The notes: a model not told the origin generated them from the sequence alone. Shown: positions 38,474-50,800, numbered from the whole stretch's first letter. The stretch: 63,938 nt of DNA, filler included, from Choristocarpus tenellus KU-1152 (GCA_964200185.2; 9 parts of 9 records of this genome joined end to end with filler, not necessarily neighbours in it), one strand, 5' to 3'. Numbers and translations are program-made.

Positions 38474-41400
38474 CCGGTCAACGAACAGGGTGATTGCTGC
38501 AAGTGCTTAGCCTGTGTGAAGAAGTTCACAGCAGATAGCAAGTCCTTTCTTGCCCGCACGTTGGCCAAAGAGAAGGACATCATCCTGGCGTGTGAGAACC
38601 GCCGCGATCGTAAGCGCTTCGTTGGTGACAGTATACCTGTCATTGAGTTGGGGCCTGGAGGCGGATCTATGCTTGCGGCCGGCATTCCCGTTTGTACACA
38701 GTTTTTCAAGGCATCGTTCGGAATATCCAATCATGTCATGCAAAGGTACACCTAACGCAAGAGTATCCTCTGGCGTGGAGAGGTGGGTTTGATGTATGTA
38801 CACAGTGTTATTTGTACCCGGTATATATTTTCCCCTGCTTGATGATTGAACAGTAGTCCTATCTCAGAACAATGTAATCCAACCGTACTTGCCACATTCA
38901 GTTTGCAGTTACCACACCTAGATGTTTGATGTGCAACGTTAGAGATCCCTCCAGTGTGGAGTTATGTGTTACATATATGTGTATGTATATGTGTGATACG
39001 TTTATTTATACTTCAACAATATCATTTCATCCGGCCGTCCTTGCGCTGCTGCTGCGTTACCACTGGAAACACCTACAGAATTAGAGATCCGCTGCCGGCC
39101 TACGATTCCTCTACGATTCCATCCCCCGTCCCTTATATCCACCTCCAACACACTTCCCACCCATATATACATACGTGCGCTACTACAACAGGAAGGGCAC
39201 GAACAAAGAGAAGGACATGGCTCCGAAGCGAGACCTGGTGATGTCCTGGATAGACTACTGGGCGGATAAGTACGGGCAGTTCATGCCTCACAAGAGCGCA
39301 ATTGTGATCTACGCCGCGAACAAAGAGGTAGGTTTTGCCCTTGGTTGTGGAGAGGTTGGCCACACCCTGCATTGGAGTTAGTTGCAAACCGTGTAACCCA
39401 GCAGTACGTAGAAGAAGTGGAACGAAGGAGCATTTCAAGTGGTGGGTGGTTATTACTTTGACCGGTCTGAGGTTATGGTAAAAAAAAATGTGAAGCTTTG
39501 TACGGAGTACTACTTCTTTTCTTTGTAATGTCAAGACTACAATGATGATGATGATACACTTCGTCGCTTTTACGGAGGAAGGCACAGTAACCGTTATGTC
39601 ACCGCTGTGTACACCTACTCTGTGGCCCCGGGCCCGGTCTGACCTTTGTAGTAAAAGTGTGTACTTCGTATGTCTCAAGGACTTCGCGATGATGATGATG
39701 ATGAGGGTCGATTCACCTCCTTTACGTTTCTGCAAACGGCGGCGAGACCCGAAGAGAATGGCGCTCATGGCAGATTTACGAAGATCATTCTATTTGCTTT
39801 TTCATTACGCACCACGCAAATTTGCTTGATCCTGTCTTCCGTGTTTGTCAGTTAAGTTCTTGGTCATCCCGCCTTCGAGAGATCATGTAGCGGTGTTCTT
39901 CGAGTGTACCCTCTCAAGAATTCCTCACTTGCCCACACAAACAACATTATTAATTAGGAGCTATACAAGGATTTTTGCAAAGAGGCAATACGGGTGTATC
40001 CTGACGACACTTCCAAGCGGGTAAGCAAGGCGAGTCAGAGTATCTTAGAGGGCAGAGCCGCGTCCATGTGGGGGCAAGAATCTAATGTTGCGATTTTCAT
40101 TTAATTTTGGCTATGGTATTTGTTAGGAAGTGCAAATGTGCTCGTTCCGAATACACCTTTTCGTAAGGTAAACATTTTATGTATTCCGAAACATTTTGGA
40201 GTAGAAAAATGTAACTAAAAAACCCTTGGGATGCCAAGTCCCAAATGGACAAACAGGGCAAAACTCGTACCCTCTAAGATACTTTCACTCAGGCGCACTT
40301 CCTCCGATTGCTCAGAGAGGACAGGCCCAACATCAGGGTGAGGGTAGGAGGCGAATTTATGAAATGTGACATATGTGTCACGTTAAAAGAGAAGCGGCAC
40401 GGTGCGCCTGGTGTAAAACCCTCGAACGACTCCACTGTCCTCGAGTCCATCGACAAGGAGCTGTCAGACCATCGAAAGGTAGGTGTCCAGCGTTAATTTT
40501 GCGACAATCGTGCAGTAGCAACATGTCACCGTCATTGCCCTCCGTTGGGAACAACATCTGTTGCCTTTTGCGAATGAAGACTCCGATGCAGGTGCTTATG
40601 GAAGCAGCAGCAGCCTCACTCAGTGCCAACTGTTGTTATTAGTTGCCCAAACACCCTGTGTGATGGACTGTTTCCTGGTCGTCTACAACGGGCTGTGGGA
40701 GGGACATGTCATGTTGTGGTCTTCTGGTCCCGTACGTACGTAAGTGCTCCTGTGCCGATAATACTGTCTTTGCCTTGAATGCAGCAGTAAAAAATAGGAG
40801 CAAAGACAAACATTTATTGTTACCTACACTCGATTTTGTCACGTACCTGGTACGTGTTAACAAGTGGCCATTTTTTTACACCTCTAAGCAGATTTATTTC
40901 ATTTATAGATGTGATGTTGCTCTCCCCCGTTCGCCAGATTATCCAAGCGGATCGGCTGGTCATCGCCAACAACACCAGCAGCGCCATGCGGGCCAAAGCC
41001 GACGGTAAAACTCTCGGCTTCGTGTTCATGTCTGTAGACGCGGCGAACCAGACATCCCACGCCCTCCCAGCACTTTACCCACCTACCCACGGCGGTGACA
41101 GGTAACCACACGCACGTATAGTTCATTTGTCAACAAGTTTGCAGCCGCACGCAGAAGAGAATAGACCACCCTGTCTAGTGAGTGCAAATTCCCAAGAAAT
41201 AACCGCCAAAACAGACGCACATAATTCCACTACCTATTTCGTTCATCATGATGATGACGCCCCGTAACACCTTTCTTTACACCTTTCTTTGATTCATGTC
41301 GTTGTTATCAGGGGCTACTCCGAGCTCCAGAAGATCATGGCCGCACACATCGAAGGCCAGTTCGCAGAGGTGTTCTTTACTCCTCAAAATCTTGGAGGAG
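38474..41400 (+). CDS. Spliced Sola-type (DUF7869-like) transposase, partial, interrupted by a MITE
   Basis: Exons about 38474-38745, ?-39327, 39958-40478 (MITE inside), 40938-41101 and 41312-41400; the last four are phase-compatible. Motifs VCTQFFKASFGIS, GQFMPH, FMKCDIC, FMSVDAANQTSHALP (first catalytic D), NLGGG. Both ends are lost at gaps. Confidence 0.75.
40032..40290 (+). mobile_element. MITE family A, TSD AGGC, inserted in a transposase exon
   Basis: aggc|gagtcagagtatcttagaggg ... ccctctaagatactttcactc|aggc. Removing it restores ...SKRVSKAHFLRLLREDRPNIRVR. Confidence 0.95.
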
Positions 41401-42381
41401 GTATGTATTGTGGGTTGTGGCACAACAATCACACGACCGAATAGATGCTGGTTGTGCACGCACCACTTGATTGACCGACATGGTGAAGGGACCCCCCGCA
41501 GGTTAGATTCCCAAGGATGAGTACATCCTTGCACGATTTGCCTACAGATACCGTAGGCCTGGTGAACAGTCGATTAACTGATGATGCGCTGTGCTCCCCT
41601 GCCCTCGTACGCCTCAGCTTTGGAAGGGCGAGAGGAGCGTAAGAGCTAATCAAGGAGGAGGGAAAGCGACAGACATCTATATCAGTCAGTCGGGTGTAAT
41701 GTGCTCTACATCGCAAAAACACACTGCATTACCCCTCTTTTTAGCTCCAAGTAAACAATGCGTAAGTAAGCAGAGTACTATTTGCCAACTAACGACAGAC
41801 ATCATCGTTCGTGCAGGTTGTAACCTTGTCTGCACAGCCACCCACCTTGCCCTCACAAGGNNNNNNNNNNNNNNNNNNNNNNNNNNNNNNNNNNNNNNNN
41901 NNNNTTAATTAATTAANNNNNNNNNNNNNNNNNNNNNNNNNNNNNNNNNNNNNNNNNNNNGATTAGAAAATTTCTAGGAAACGGAATGATAAATTACAAC
42001 GATAGATACTCCTTGCAAAGCATAAAGGATAATATCTCTCTTCTTACCGAAGATGCTCTATATGAAATCAATACTGCTGGTTCTAATAAATCATGCCTAG
42101 TTAAAAAGGCTAGTTTTTATCAATCTCTCCGCTTAGTTCTGTTCTATTTCCTGTTGTATCTAAATAACGTATCTTCATAACCTTTCCCCCCAGAATTATT
42201 AATTGATTGATACAATAAAATTATAAATATATTATAATTAACAACCAATTAATAAAAACGAAAAAATTAAGAAATTAGTCTGGGTATTAGATAGTTATGG
42301 AGAAGAAGACCTATGCTTTATCAGTTCTGTGTTCGGGAACTACGTATCCAAGAGTAAAAACAGCATCTTCATAACCCTTAC

Positions 42382-42670
42382 TTAGAGAATCAAAGTTTTC
42401 GCTATAGCATACTGATGCATATTCCCATTTTGAATACGGTAACATAAAATGAAAAAGCAGATGCTTAACTCTTCGCATATATCACTGTCTGTATCATTTA
42501 TATGGTCTTGGATATAGTTAATACTTTCAATTGCTTTTTCGGTACCTTTTTTATTTAGGTGCAACCTCTTAAGGATATCTTCTTGTTTCAATTTTAAGTC
42601 TAAAAAATCTTTTACCTTAGATATTTCACCTTTAATTTCGCCCTTGAGTTTTCCATTATCAAATCCACTT
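42382..42670 (-). pseudogene. Bacterial-like gene 3' fragment, possibly an Rpn / PD-(D/E)XK nuclease-transposase C-terminus
   Basis: AT-rich frame GFDNGKLKGEIKGEISKVKDFLDLKLKQEDILKRL...; the KGEIKGEI repeat resembles Rpn C-termini. The 5' end is replaced by the intron fragment. Confidence 0.35.
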
Positions 42671-42789
42671 TGCCTTCAGCTTCTTTCAGCCAACATCTCA
42701 CGATGTTAACCCTGCCTTAGCTAATGGACCGCTCTAATTCAGCCCATAGGGGACTTTAACCCCTCACTCTCGCACCATGCCCGGCGCAC
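42668..42789 (-). ncRNA. Bacterial group II intron, 5' fragment (domain I only)
   Basis: Minus strand reads GTGCGCCGGGCATGGTGCG..GGGGTTAAAGTCCCC..TTAGCTAAGGCAGGG..CATCGTGAGATG..CTGAAAGAAGCTGAAGGCAAAG. This has the canonical GUGYG start and the domain I pattern of IIB (class E-like) bacterial introns. Confidence 0.8.
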
Positions 42790-42935
42790 ATATATGTATT
42801 CTTCATGGTTGGTCTGAGATTGGTAAACGTTCTTATGGAGAAGTTGATGGATTTCGCAGCGAAAGAAGAAGCATTGTTGCTGACCATGTACCAAACAGTA
42901 AAGATATCACTGGCTGCGCAAATACTGATTGCTTC
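42790..42935 (+). pseudogene. IS630-family transposase fragment
   Basis: HGWSEIGKRSYGEVDGFRSERRSIVA...GCANTDCF resembles the IS630 (DDE_3) segment after the first catalytic Asp. Confidence 0.6.
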
Positions 42936-43198
42936 TGGCTTTTTCACATCCATCATATTCTGCTTGATATTCATATTATGGAGCAAGTTTGGTAAAAACC
43001 TCAAAGCTGAAAAAACCAAAGATGGAGCAAATAAGATTTTAACTGCAAAAGAAGTTAAAAACGCTCTTCGCAAGTGATCTAAAAATAGGCGATATGCTCC
43101 TTGTAAAGGATATGGAAACCATGAACTTTCTACTATCTGGCGCTATAGGTTCTGGTAAAGCCAACTTAATGCATAATATGTTGCCTCAAATAGTTGAA
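42936..43198 (+). pseudogene. traD: F-type conjugative coupling protein TraD fragment (Rickettsiales RAGE-like)
   Basis: TM segment + WSKFGKNLKAEKTKDGANKILTAKEVK / DLKIGDMLLVKDMETMNFLLSGAIGSGKANLMHNMLPQ. Frameshift at about 43075, degenerate Walker A (GKA), truncated after about 43198. Confidence 0.8.
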
Positions 43199-44499
43199 CC
43201 AAGGTTCACAAAATTTTGTTCCCCTCAAAAACATGATTTTAAAATTCACCATTATCAAAGTAGTCACAAACAGCCATGTGTCTAAAATGTTAACTCACAG
43301 AAAGCTGTCAGGTGGATCTCTGTCAATAAAGATTTATCGACCAATTGATGGACAAACAAAGAAGCTGTTTTTGAAGGTTTCGCCAGTAGTGAGGACGATT
43401 CCAGTCATTTTGAAATCACCGTTTGATACGATCGACTCCACAACAAATCGAAACATCCACACCAACACCACATACCAAGGCACGAACCAACCATAACTTG
43501 CAAACTGTAAGCCTGTAAGCATTATAGTTCGAAGTAGTGGTCGTGACGCGACAATGCCTCGGCAATGCTTGTCATTTACTTACGGTATATCATTGATTGG
43601 TGTGAAAGAGGGTACATCAAGTGAAAGCCAGGTCCACCTGCGCAAGGAGCACAGTAAGTTCTTGGATGTCCCTCCTAGTCAGGCAGGACCTGCCCCCTCA
43701 TACTCGGGAGGATGCTCCTTCTGCGATCTCTCCTTTGGGATGTGCATGGATTAGCTGGTTGCATATTTTACCAAAATTGATGTGCATGGTGTTCGGACTT
43801 CCCAAAATCCCCACTAGGATGTGCAGTAGTAGAGGTGGCCACGAGGTGTTGGGGTGACATGAAGACTAGACCTACCAACCAATGTGGACAGTTGCCTGAT
43901 GTGTAGGAAAAGAAAGCCTGTGAGCCTATATGTGTGCAATGGAAATACAACACTTGGCAATCAATCGATGCCGCCCACACAATTAACTATTGGCTTTGAT
44001 AGTATTCCGATATCCGTCGTTCACGAACGAACGACATATCAAAAAGGCCGTCAAAGACGACAGAGAAGGCAAGAGCTCAGTATCAGGCAGTCAAGACTCA
44101 AAGTAATTTTCACCTAACTTCTTTGAATTCTGTAATCATAATAAACAAGTAGGTGTGGAAAGAGGGGCTGTCTATTGTCATACCGATATTACGATATTGC
44201 ACATTCTGCAATGATATCGTTTGAGGTTCCCTGTCAGGAATCCTGGATTCCAGGGTAGGATCTTCCATGGGACTGAACCATAAATCTCTTCAAGACAACA
44301 GTCCCACAGGTAGTGGACTTCTCTTCATTCAGAAATACCAAGCATCAAAGCTTGTGTCTTTGATGTTATGTCTTGTCACTCTGATGATCGACACACTCAT
44401 GAGATCCCCCACACACTGCAGTCTTGCACTTGTCCAACCTTAACCTCGTCCCCTCGGTTACTGTTTGTCTTGGTCCGTCTGGTTCATCTTTCCTGGTAA

Positions 44500-46250
44500 T
44501 TCTCCTCGTCACTTGTACCTGAGTGAAACATGCCACCGCAGAATCACACGATTCACTCCAGCGGATTGATGGGGTGGTGCAGGAGCAGTGTCGTCATCCT
44601 TCAGCCATCGTGTCAGTTCAAGGTGACCATGACACCTACCATGTCCTTTTAGAGGACAGTGCATTTCCTCTCCTCGTTCAACCAGTCAGGAGGTGGTTAT
44701 CTAACAGGCACAGTTTGGTGATGTCATTGCATTATGCCTGCATTCATCATGCACCACGTTAACAGCTGTGCAAGAACCAATGCTGTGCCACCCTGATGGC
44801 TTCAGGACCTCCTGAAACTCCAGCCTTATGGACACAGCTCCAATCATGTTTTTTGCATATTCTAGCGATGTCTCACATTCTCGTTCAACACCAGAGGGAA
44901 ATCATTTAAGGTATTCCACCGCAGAGGTTCCTACTTAACTTTACTTTCAGATGAGCATGTCACCATAACTCTACACTCCCATCAATAGGGCCCAGTATCC
45001 CCTGAGATTATTGGTATTCGTTGTATGGAATTTTTGCTGAAAATCCTAAAGTATATTATTTTCGAGCCTTGATTGATACCGTGGAATGGTGTTCACCTAG
45101 CAATTTAGCCAGATTACACTCTTCCCCCGATATCCCAGTTCTAAAGATCGGTCTGGCATTATAGGAAGATGTCCAAAAGGTTTTGATCTTGGCGTTCACC
45201 CCTGCCTATGGTCTTCCTCGTTCGGACTATGTCCGACTCCAAAGACATAATCAACTACAGGGAAAGGTGGATCGTCACGGAACAGAGGAAGCCACCCTAA
45301 CCTCGTCTTCAGATCGGTCATCAATAAGTGCACCTGTGACCCTGTTGTCGTCCTCATCGTGCTGAGCCCCCAGTCATGCTCCATCAATGTGTGTCATACT
45401 AAACAATATAGCATACTGCGAAGTATTTTGTGCCAGTATCCTGGTTATCGGGTAGCAACTCATTACAGATTCAGTCATGCCTGGACAATCCAGAGGTCGT
45501 TCTTGCATTGTAGGTAAGAGGTCGTGGACACTAGGGTCAGTTGCTATCGCTATACTCCTCGTCCCTAAGGATGATCAGATGGATTTGACTCCTATCCATT
45601 TGAGAATGAGTATATTTAATTGACATCTTCGCATGGAGTGGCAAGGGTCAGAAGTTGACACCAGTCAAAAACCACTTGATCCTCACGCCTTGCTTATAGC
45701 CTGTTCGTCTGTCTCCAAACATTTTTACGTACCCTTAGTTAAGGTCTTACCCTTACTTAAGGTCTTACAATAATATTCGAAGAAATCAAACTTGGTTAAA
45801 TAGTTCTTTGCGCAGATACCCATCAACTCCAATACCTTAATAAAGAATATATATGTTAGCAGGGTTTTTACATCTGGCACCCGTCAAAGAACAAGAAGAA
45901 GGTAACTTAATCGTAGACACAGTAAGCGATGTGGTATGTATTTCAGATGCACTTGTTTGCAGTCCCCCCCAACTCAAACGTTTGGGTGCGCATCCTGTTC
46001 CACCTAGTGCAATACATTTGCGTACAGCTGACTGTTCACCACTGCCTGTACTTGGATTTATTTGTTTTGCATTTTAACTTGGTGATACCGCATTACCCAT
46101 TGAAGCTCTGTTGATCCCAACTAGATAAAATAATACTTGATAATAGTTTCGTACAGACCTTCAGTGCAATCCTTGATTGGCAAGAACGTCTCTCATTCCA
46201 CAACAGTTTGTGTATCATTCCAGCAAGATATCACATGACAAGGAGCCCCA
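44500..46250 (+). mobile_element. Ty3/gypsy LTR retrotransposon relic (gag to aspartic protease)
   Basis: 45853-46190 reads LIVDTVSDVVCIS...LRTADCSPLPVLG (retropepsin-like). A degenerate knuckle LCQYPG...SCLDNP lies at about 45428-45492. DNA is homologous to 62760-62965 (minus). The left boundary is approximate. Confidence 0.65.
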
Positions 46251-46255
46251 CACAA

Positions 46256-46514
46256 GATCCAATGTATCTTAGAGGGTAGAGCTGCATCCATTCGGGGTCC
46301 AAAATTCAAAGTTGCGAATTTCATGTAATTTTGTCTTTCCTGTCTGTGTGGAAGTGTCAATATCCTTGTTTAGGACGCACCTTTTCATAACGTACACATT
46401 TTACCTACTCCGAAACATTTTGGAGTAGGAAAATGTCATAAAAAAGCTCATGGGAAGCCAAGCCCCAAGTGGACAAACGGGGCAAAACTCGTACCCTCTG
46501 CAATACTTTCACTC
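46256..46514 (+). mobile_element. MITE family A, TSD ACAA
   Basis: acaa|gatccaatgtatcttagagggta ... taccctctgcaatactttcactc|acaa. Confidence 0.92.
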
Positions 46515-47031
46515 ACAATAAGTACGTGATACAAGTACTACTCCTTGATGTTATGTCGTGAGTGTGCAACATGATTTTGACCCTGTACCCGTCCGTTTAC
46601 ATAGACAGTACAATACACCACCTGTTCATGAAATCATTGTCTCCGTTGCACTGACAGCCTGTCCGTTGATGCTGACATTGCATGGAGCCAATCATCTTCG
46701 GTGGTGAGAAAACCAAAACATACCGTATAACACTCAGGAAATTCCATGTTAGATATAGTACAAGTTATGTTGCATTCTATGTTATTTATTTTGGGAAGAT
46801 ATCATTATTGTAGGTGGTACTGTGACAGACAGGTCCCGTTGGGAGCTAAATATCAGTTTAGATCCACTTTCTCGCGTGCACACATGTGTAATGCGCGCAA
46901 CACTTTGTCATCATTGGTGGTATTCAGAGCAACATAATCCATCGAGATGTTCTGATAATTCCCCGACCACTTGCCGTTAATGGTCACGATGTGACGTCTA
47001 ACCACCAGATCCAGGATTCAAGATCTGTTTT

Positions 47032-47821
47032 GAGCTAAAGTAAACGAGAGGTACCCAAATTTGGGTTGTAGTATCCTAGAGGGTAGGAAGTTCAGACCAG
47101 GTTATCAATTCGGTGCTTGATTGTGCCAAAGTATCTTAGAGGGTAGAGCCGCGTTCATTTGGGGCCAAAATCCAATGTTGTGATTTCCATGTAATTTTGA
47201 CTATCGTGTTTGTTAGGACGTGTCAATGTCCTTGTTCCGGACATAGCTTTTCATAACGTACACATAACACCTACTCTGAAATATTTTGGAGTAGGAAAAT
47301 GCCATAAAAAATCCGAGATAAGCCAAGCCCCAAGTGGACAAACAGGGCAAAACTCGTACCCTCTAAGATACTTTCACTCATTGGGTGTTGTAATATACCT
47401 CACTTTGATGCCCATTTTGCGGGTGATTTTCCTTCGAGTTTGGTTCAGGCAAGGGAATGCAAAAGGAAGGTGCGTTCAGATGAAGAAAATTGCCCTCACA
47501 TCTGACGCGTTCTCTCATGTGACAAGGAAATCGCTACAGGGTCGTCCAGGCCCCCAATGGATGCCTGACCCCCCCTCTAGGATACTATGGGTCCAAGGTC
47601 GTTTTGGGTTTTAAGTCACCTTTTTCATGTTTTACAATTCACCCCTTACTTTTATGGATTAAGAGCAAAGAGTGACATGATGAAATCGTTGATTTCTCTG
47701 TTGTTTCCAAGTTTTGACAGAAATCAAAGTCTCTATGCATATTTGTACGAAGAGTCAATTTTTCCACATTTGTCAGCATCCTCAAAATGCAACCGCAGGT
47801 ACCTCTTGTTTACTCTGACTC
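47032..47821. mobile_element. Triple-nested TIR elements: outer 47032-47821, middle 47063-47593, inner family A 47123-47379
   Basis: Outer TIR gagctaaagtaaacgagaggtacc / ggtacctcttgtttactctgactc. Middle TIR tagtatcctagaggg / ccctctaggatacta. The inner A copy is flanked by att/att. Confidence 0.8.
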
Positions 47822-50800
47822 CTTCATCTCACATATTGATGACTTAGGTATTGGGCTTCGCACAACCAAGGCCCCTCATTCTCTCATGGAGATTTTTGCA
47901 ATGATCTATCCCTAAAAAGTAGATGGCACTGATACAATTCATTCAATACAATCAAGCCAAACCCTCCGTTGGATGTAGATCCTCGTGGGATGTTTGCTAT
48001 TGCATCCTAACGCAACTCTGTTGCTGTACCTCGAATGTCTACTTGATGTTAGTGTTTGAGATGGTCATGTACAGGTATGATAGTTGACTTGAGCATGAAA
48101 AGATTGAGATCCCACGTCCCTCTCAATGGTTTTCCCCTGAAGTAATAACTCGAAAAAATAATCTCTGTGGGAGATTTGTGTCCCTCCTAGATGGGCGCAT
48201 GATCTCTGGTGGACGAGAGTCCAAAAGTTTGGAACTGGAAGAGAACTGGATCTCATCCGGGTATTAGGGTTGTTACTCAAAAAGTAGGGAAACGAAAAAT
48301 TCGTTTCATTTTCTCAACAAGGATTAGACAAAAAAGACGTGCAATTCCTCAAAGTGAATTGGACAAGCTCTTTCTTCGCAACACACCTTACGACCTTTGA
48401 CCCCCATTAAGGCAAGGCAATGTCTAGCGCAATTTTCTATCCCTGCAAAGAAGGAAAACACAGATCCAATTCATTATCAAGGTAGGACAACTTTTCGATC
48501 ATATAAAGGACAGTAAACCCTCCGCTTCTGTGCAGTTCCTCTTAAGAGATCTGTTTTAGCGTAACCCACAAGAAAGGGTAGGGAGCAATTGTTACCCACT
48601 CACTATTACATAAGCTAAGCAAGGCATTGTGACTTGATCGCCACAGACTCAAGAACTTCTTTGTTACCAAATTACCTGGGACATTATGGTAGTAACCCTG
48701 GGTGACTAATTGTACAGTATTATGCTTCTCCATCATCGTGGATAAATTTTGGGTTCAATCCTGGAGAGGACAACCTTTCAAGGGACTCCCCCAAATTGGC
48801 CACATGGGCACTCTCTTGAGAAACCCAGATGATTCCTTTTCTTTTTTTTCCATGGGACTGCCTGCCCATGATGTGCTGGCCAGACATTTTTTTTTCTTGT
48901 GTGCAGGGACAGAGCCCATACTGGGGAGGGGAGGTGATGGGATGAACAGGTCCTGCTGGGAGCTCATCTCAGTCAGAGTCTTTCCGCACGCACACTTCTC
49001 CGTCGTTGGTGACATTTCAGAGAAACATAAATGATGGAGATGTTATGAGAGTTCTCCGACCACTTACCATTAACGGCCACAAATGACGTGACGTCCAACC
49101 ACCGAATCCAAGATTCCAGATTGGTTTTCATCCAATAGATTGAAGTCTTCAGTATTGGCGTCAATCACGCAAGGCATCTCGTTCACTCGTGGCGATTTGT
49201 CATTACCCCTCAGGGCTGATCGGATGCTGCCTTGTGCAGTACTAGATTTTACAACAATACTATTACGAATGAACCTAACGGGTAGGGCAGAAATCTCGCT
49301 TTCTAGATATTTTTTGAAGCGAAAATTCTTGTTAAATTTGGGACAATGAGAACATGTGTCAGAGGCGGGTGCGCATAGGATAGTACACACATTTTGTCAC
49401 CTTAAGGGTCTTAGCCAAGGACGAGGAAGCCTCAGGCATGCACACTTCTGCAGGTTGAAGCCTATTGGCGGTGTTCCTCAACACGCTCCCAGTGCACTGA
49501 AGGGGCCCTTGCACCTAGGCAAGAAAGTTGTACCACCACGATCTCAAGTATTTTGCTGGCCTTACACACCAATTACACCTGCCAATGGTTCTTGGACTGA
49601 CTTCAATATTCACCCATCCATATGTTGAGCACCTTGAATTCCTGTCCATATTCCACGGCAATGGGCTTCATGTAGTGGGTGATCATCTTCTCCGGAATGT
49701 GCTGCATGGAGGGTTTGTACTGTGTGGTTTCGACCCTTCATCCTAAATTTGTATAGCCGCTTCAAGCGATATAACCTCCCTCAAGACCTTAGCACTGATC
49801 CCTTCTTCATCACGTACCCCCATCACCTGTTTTCTACCCCATACGTTACCTTTATAAAGTTCTGAACTCCAGATCCATGCTTCAATTCCTTCCAATTAAC
49901 TTTCCCTTCTACACTTCATACTTTTGCCTTTTCATATGTTAGGACACTAAACGTTTACTAGTCAACCAAAACAACATCCCCCCTCACAAAACTCAGATTC
50001 GGATTACTTCAACTACTGTTCATGGTTTCACACTCTTAAGAAATACGTAATTATATTATATCTCAAGAGTTGATCAGACTCGGCATTTTAACTCGATTCA
50101 GAACAAGAATTCAGCGAATTAATAACCCTCCTGGCTATAGATTCAACACCTTCGCAGTGGAAAGTTTTGGGCGGCTTGGTAAGCAAGCAGAAAGTTTCTG
50201 CTGAGTTAGCTACGCACGCGGTGGTAGGGGGAGAGGGGTAGGAGGCAACAGTAGGAAAGGGGCTATCAAATCCTGTTAGCAACAAATAGTGTCTGTCACA
50301 ACACAAATAGCTCTATTATTGAGACCTGTCATGGATTTTAAGCTGGAGACACCAGGGAGATGGGCAAGGAGGGGATTGTTAGATTCCTGACATGCTTTCC
50401 TAGGTCCTCACCATGGGGTGCAGGACTAAATTAGGTTGGAGGCATAGAAGGGCAGTGGTATAGCACAGCTGGTAGAAACTTAGTAAGTAGATTATAGTTT
50501 TATATAGTGCCCTTTGGCATTTTGTAGATTTGTCAGGGGAAATTATGTGGAATTAATTGTACCATTCGGGGATATATGCATAGCGTCATATCGCTCTGCT
50601 GAGTGCTGATTCCCAAGTATTTCCAAGTTGGCGTTAAACGGCTAAGTTTGTGGAATAGTTAGTTGCTGGGCCCCCATTATAATATGCTTCTATTATGCTT
50701 TATTATTATACCCTCTGACATTTTACAGATGTGTCGGGGGAAAAACCGATGAAAACCCAATCCAACATCAGAACAACACCTGAAAAAGTAATAGTTGTCA

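Noticed and set aside
39133-39768. 211-aa minus-strand ORF
   Set aside because: It is antisense to a transposase exon and intron and includes (CAT)n low-complexity sequence.
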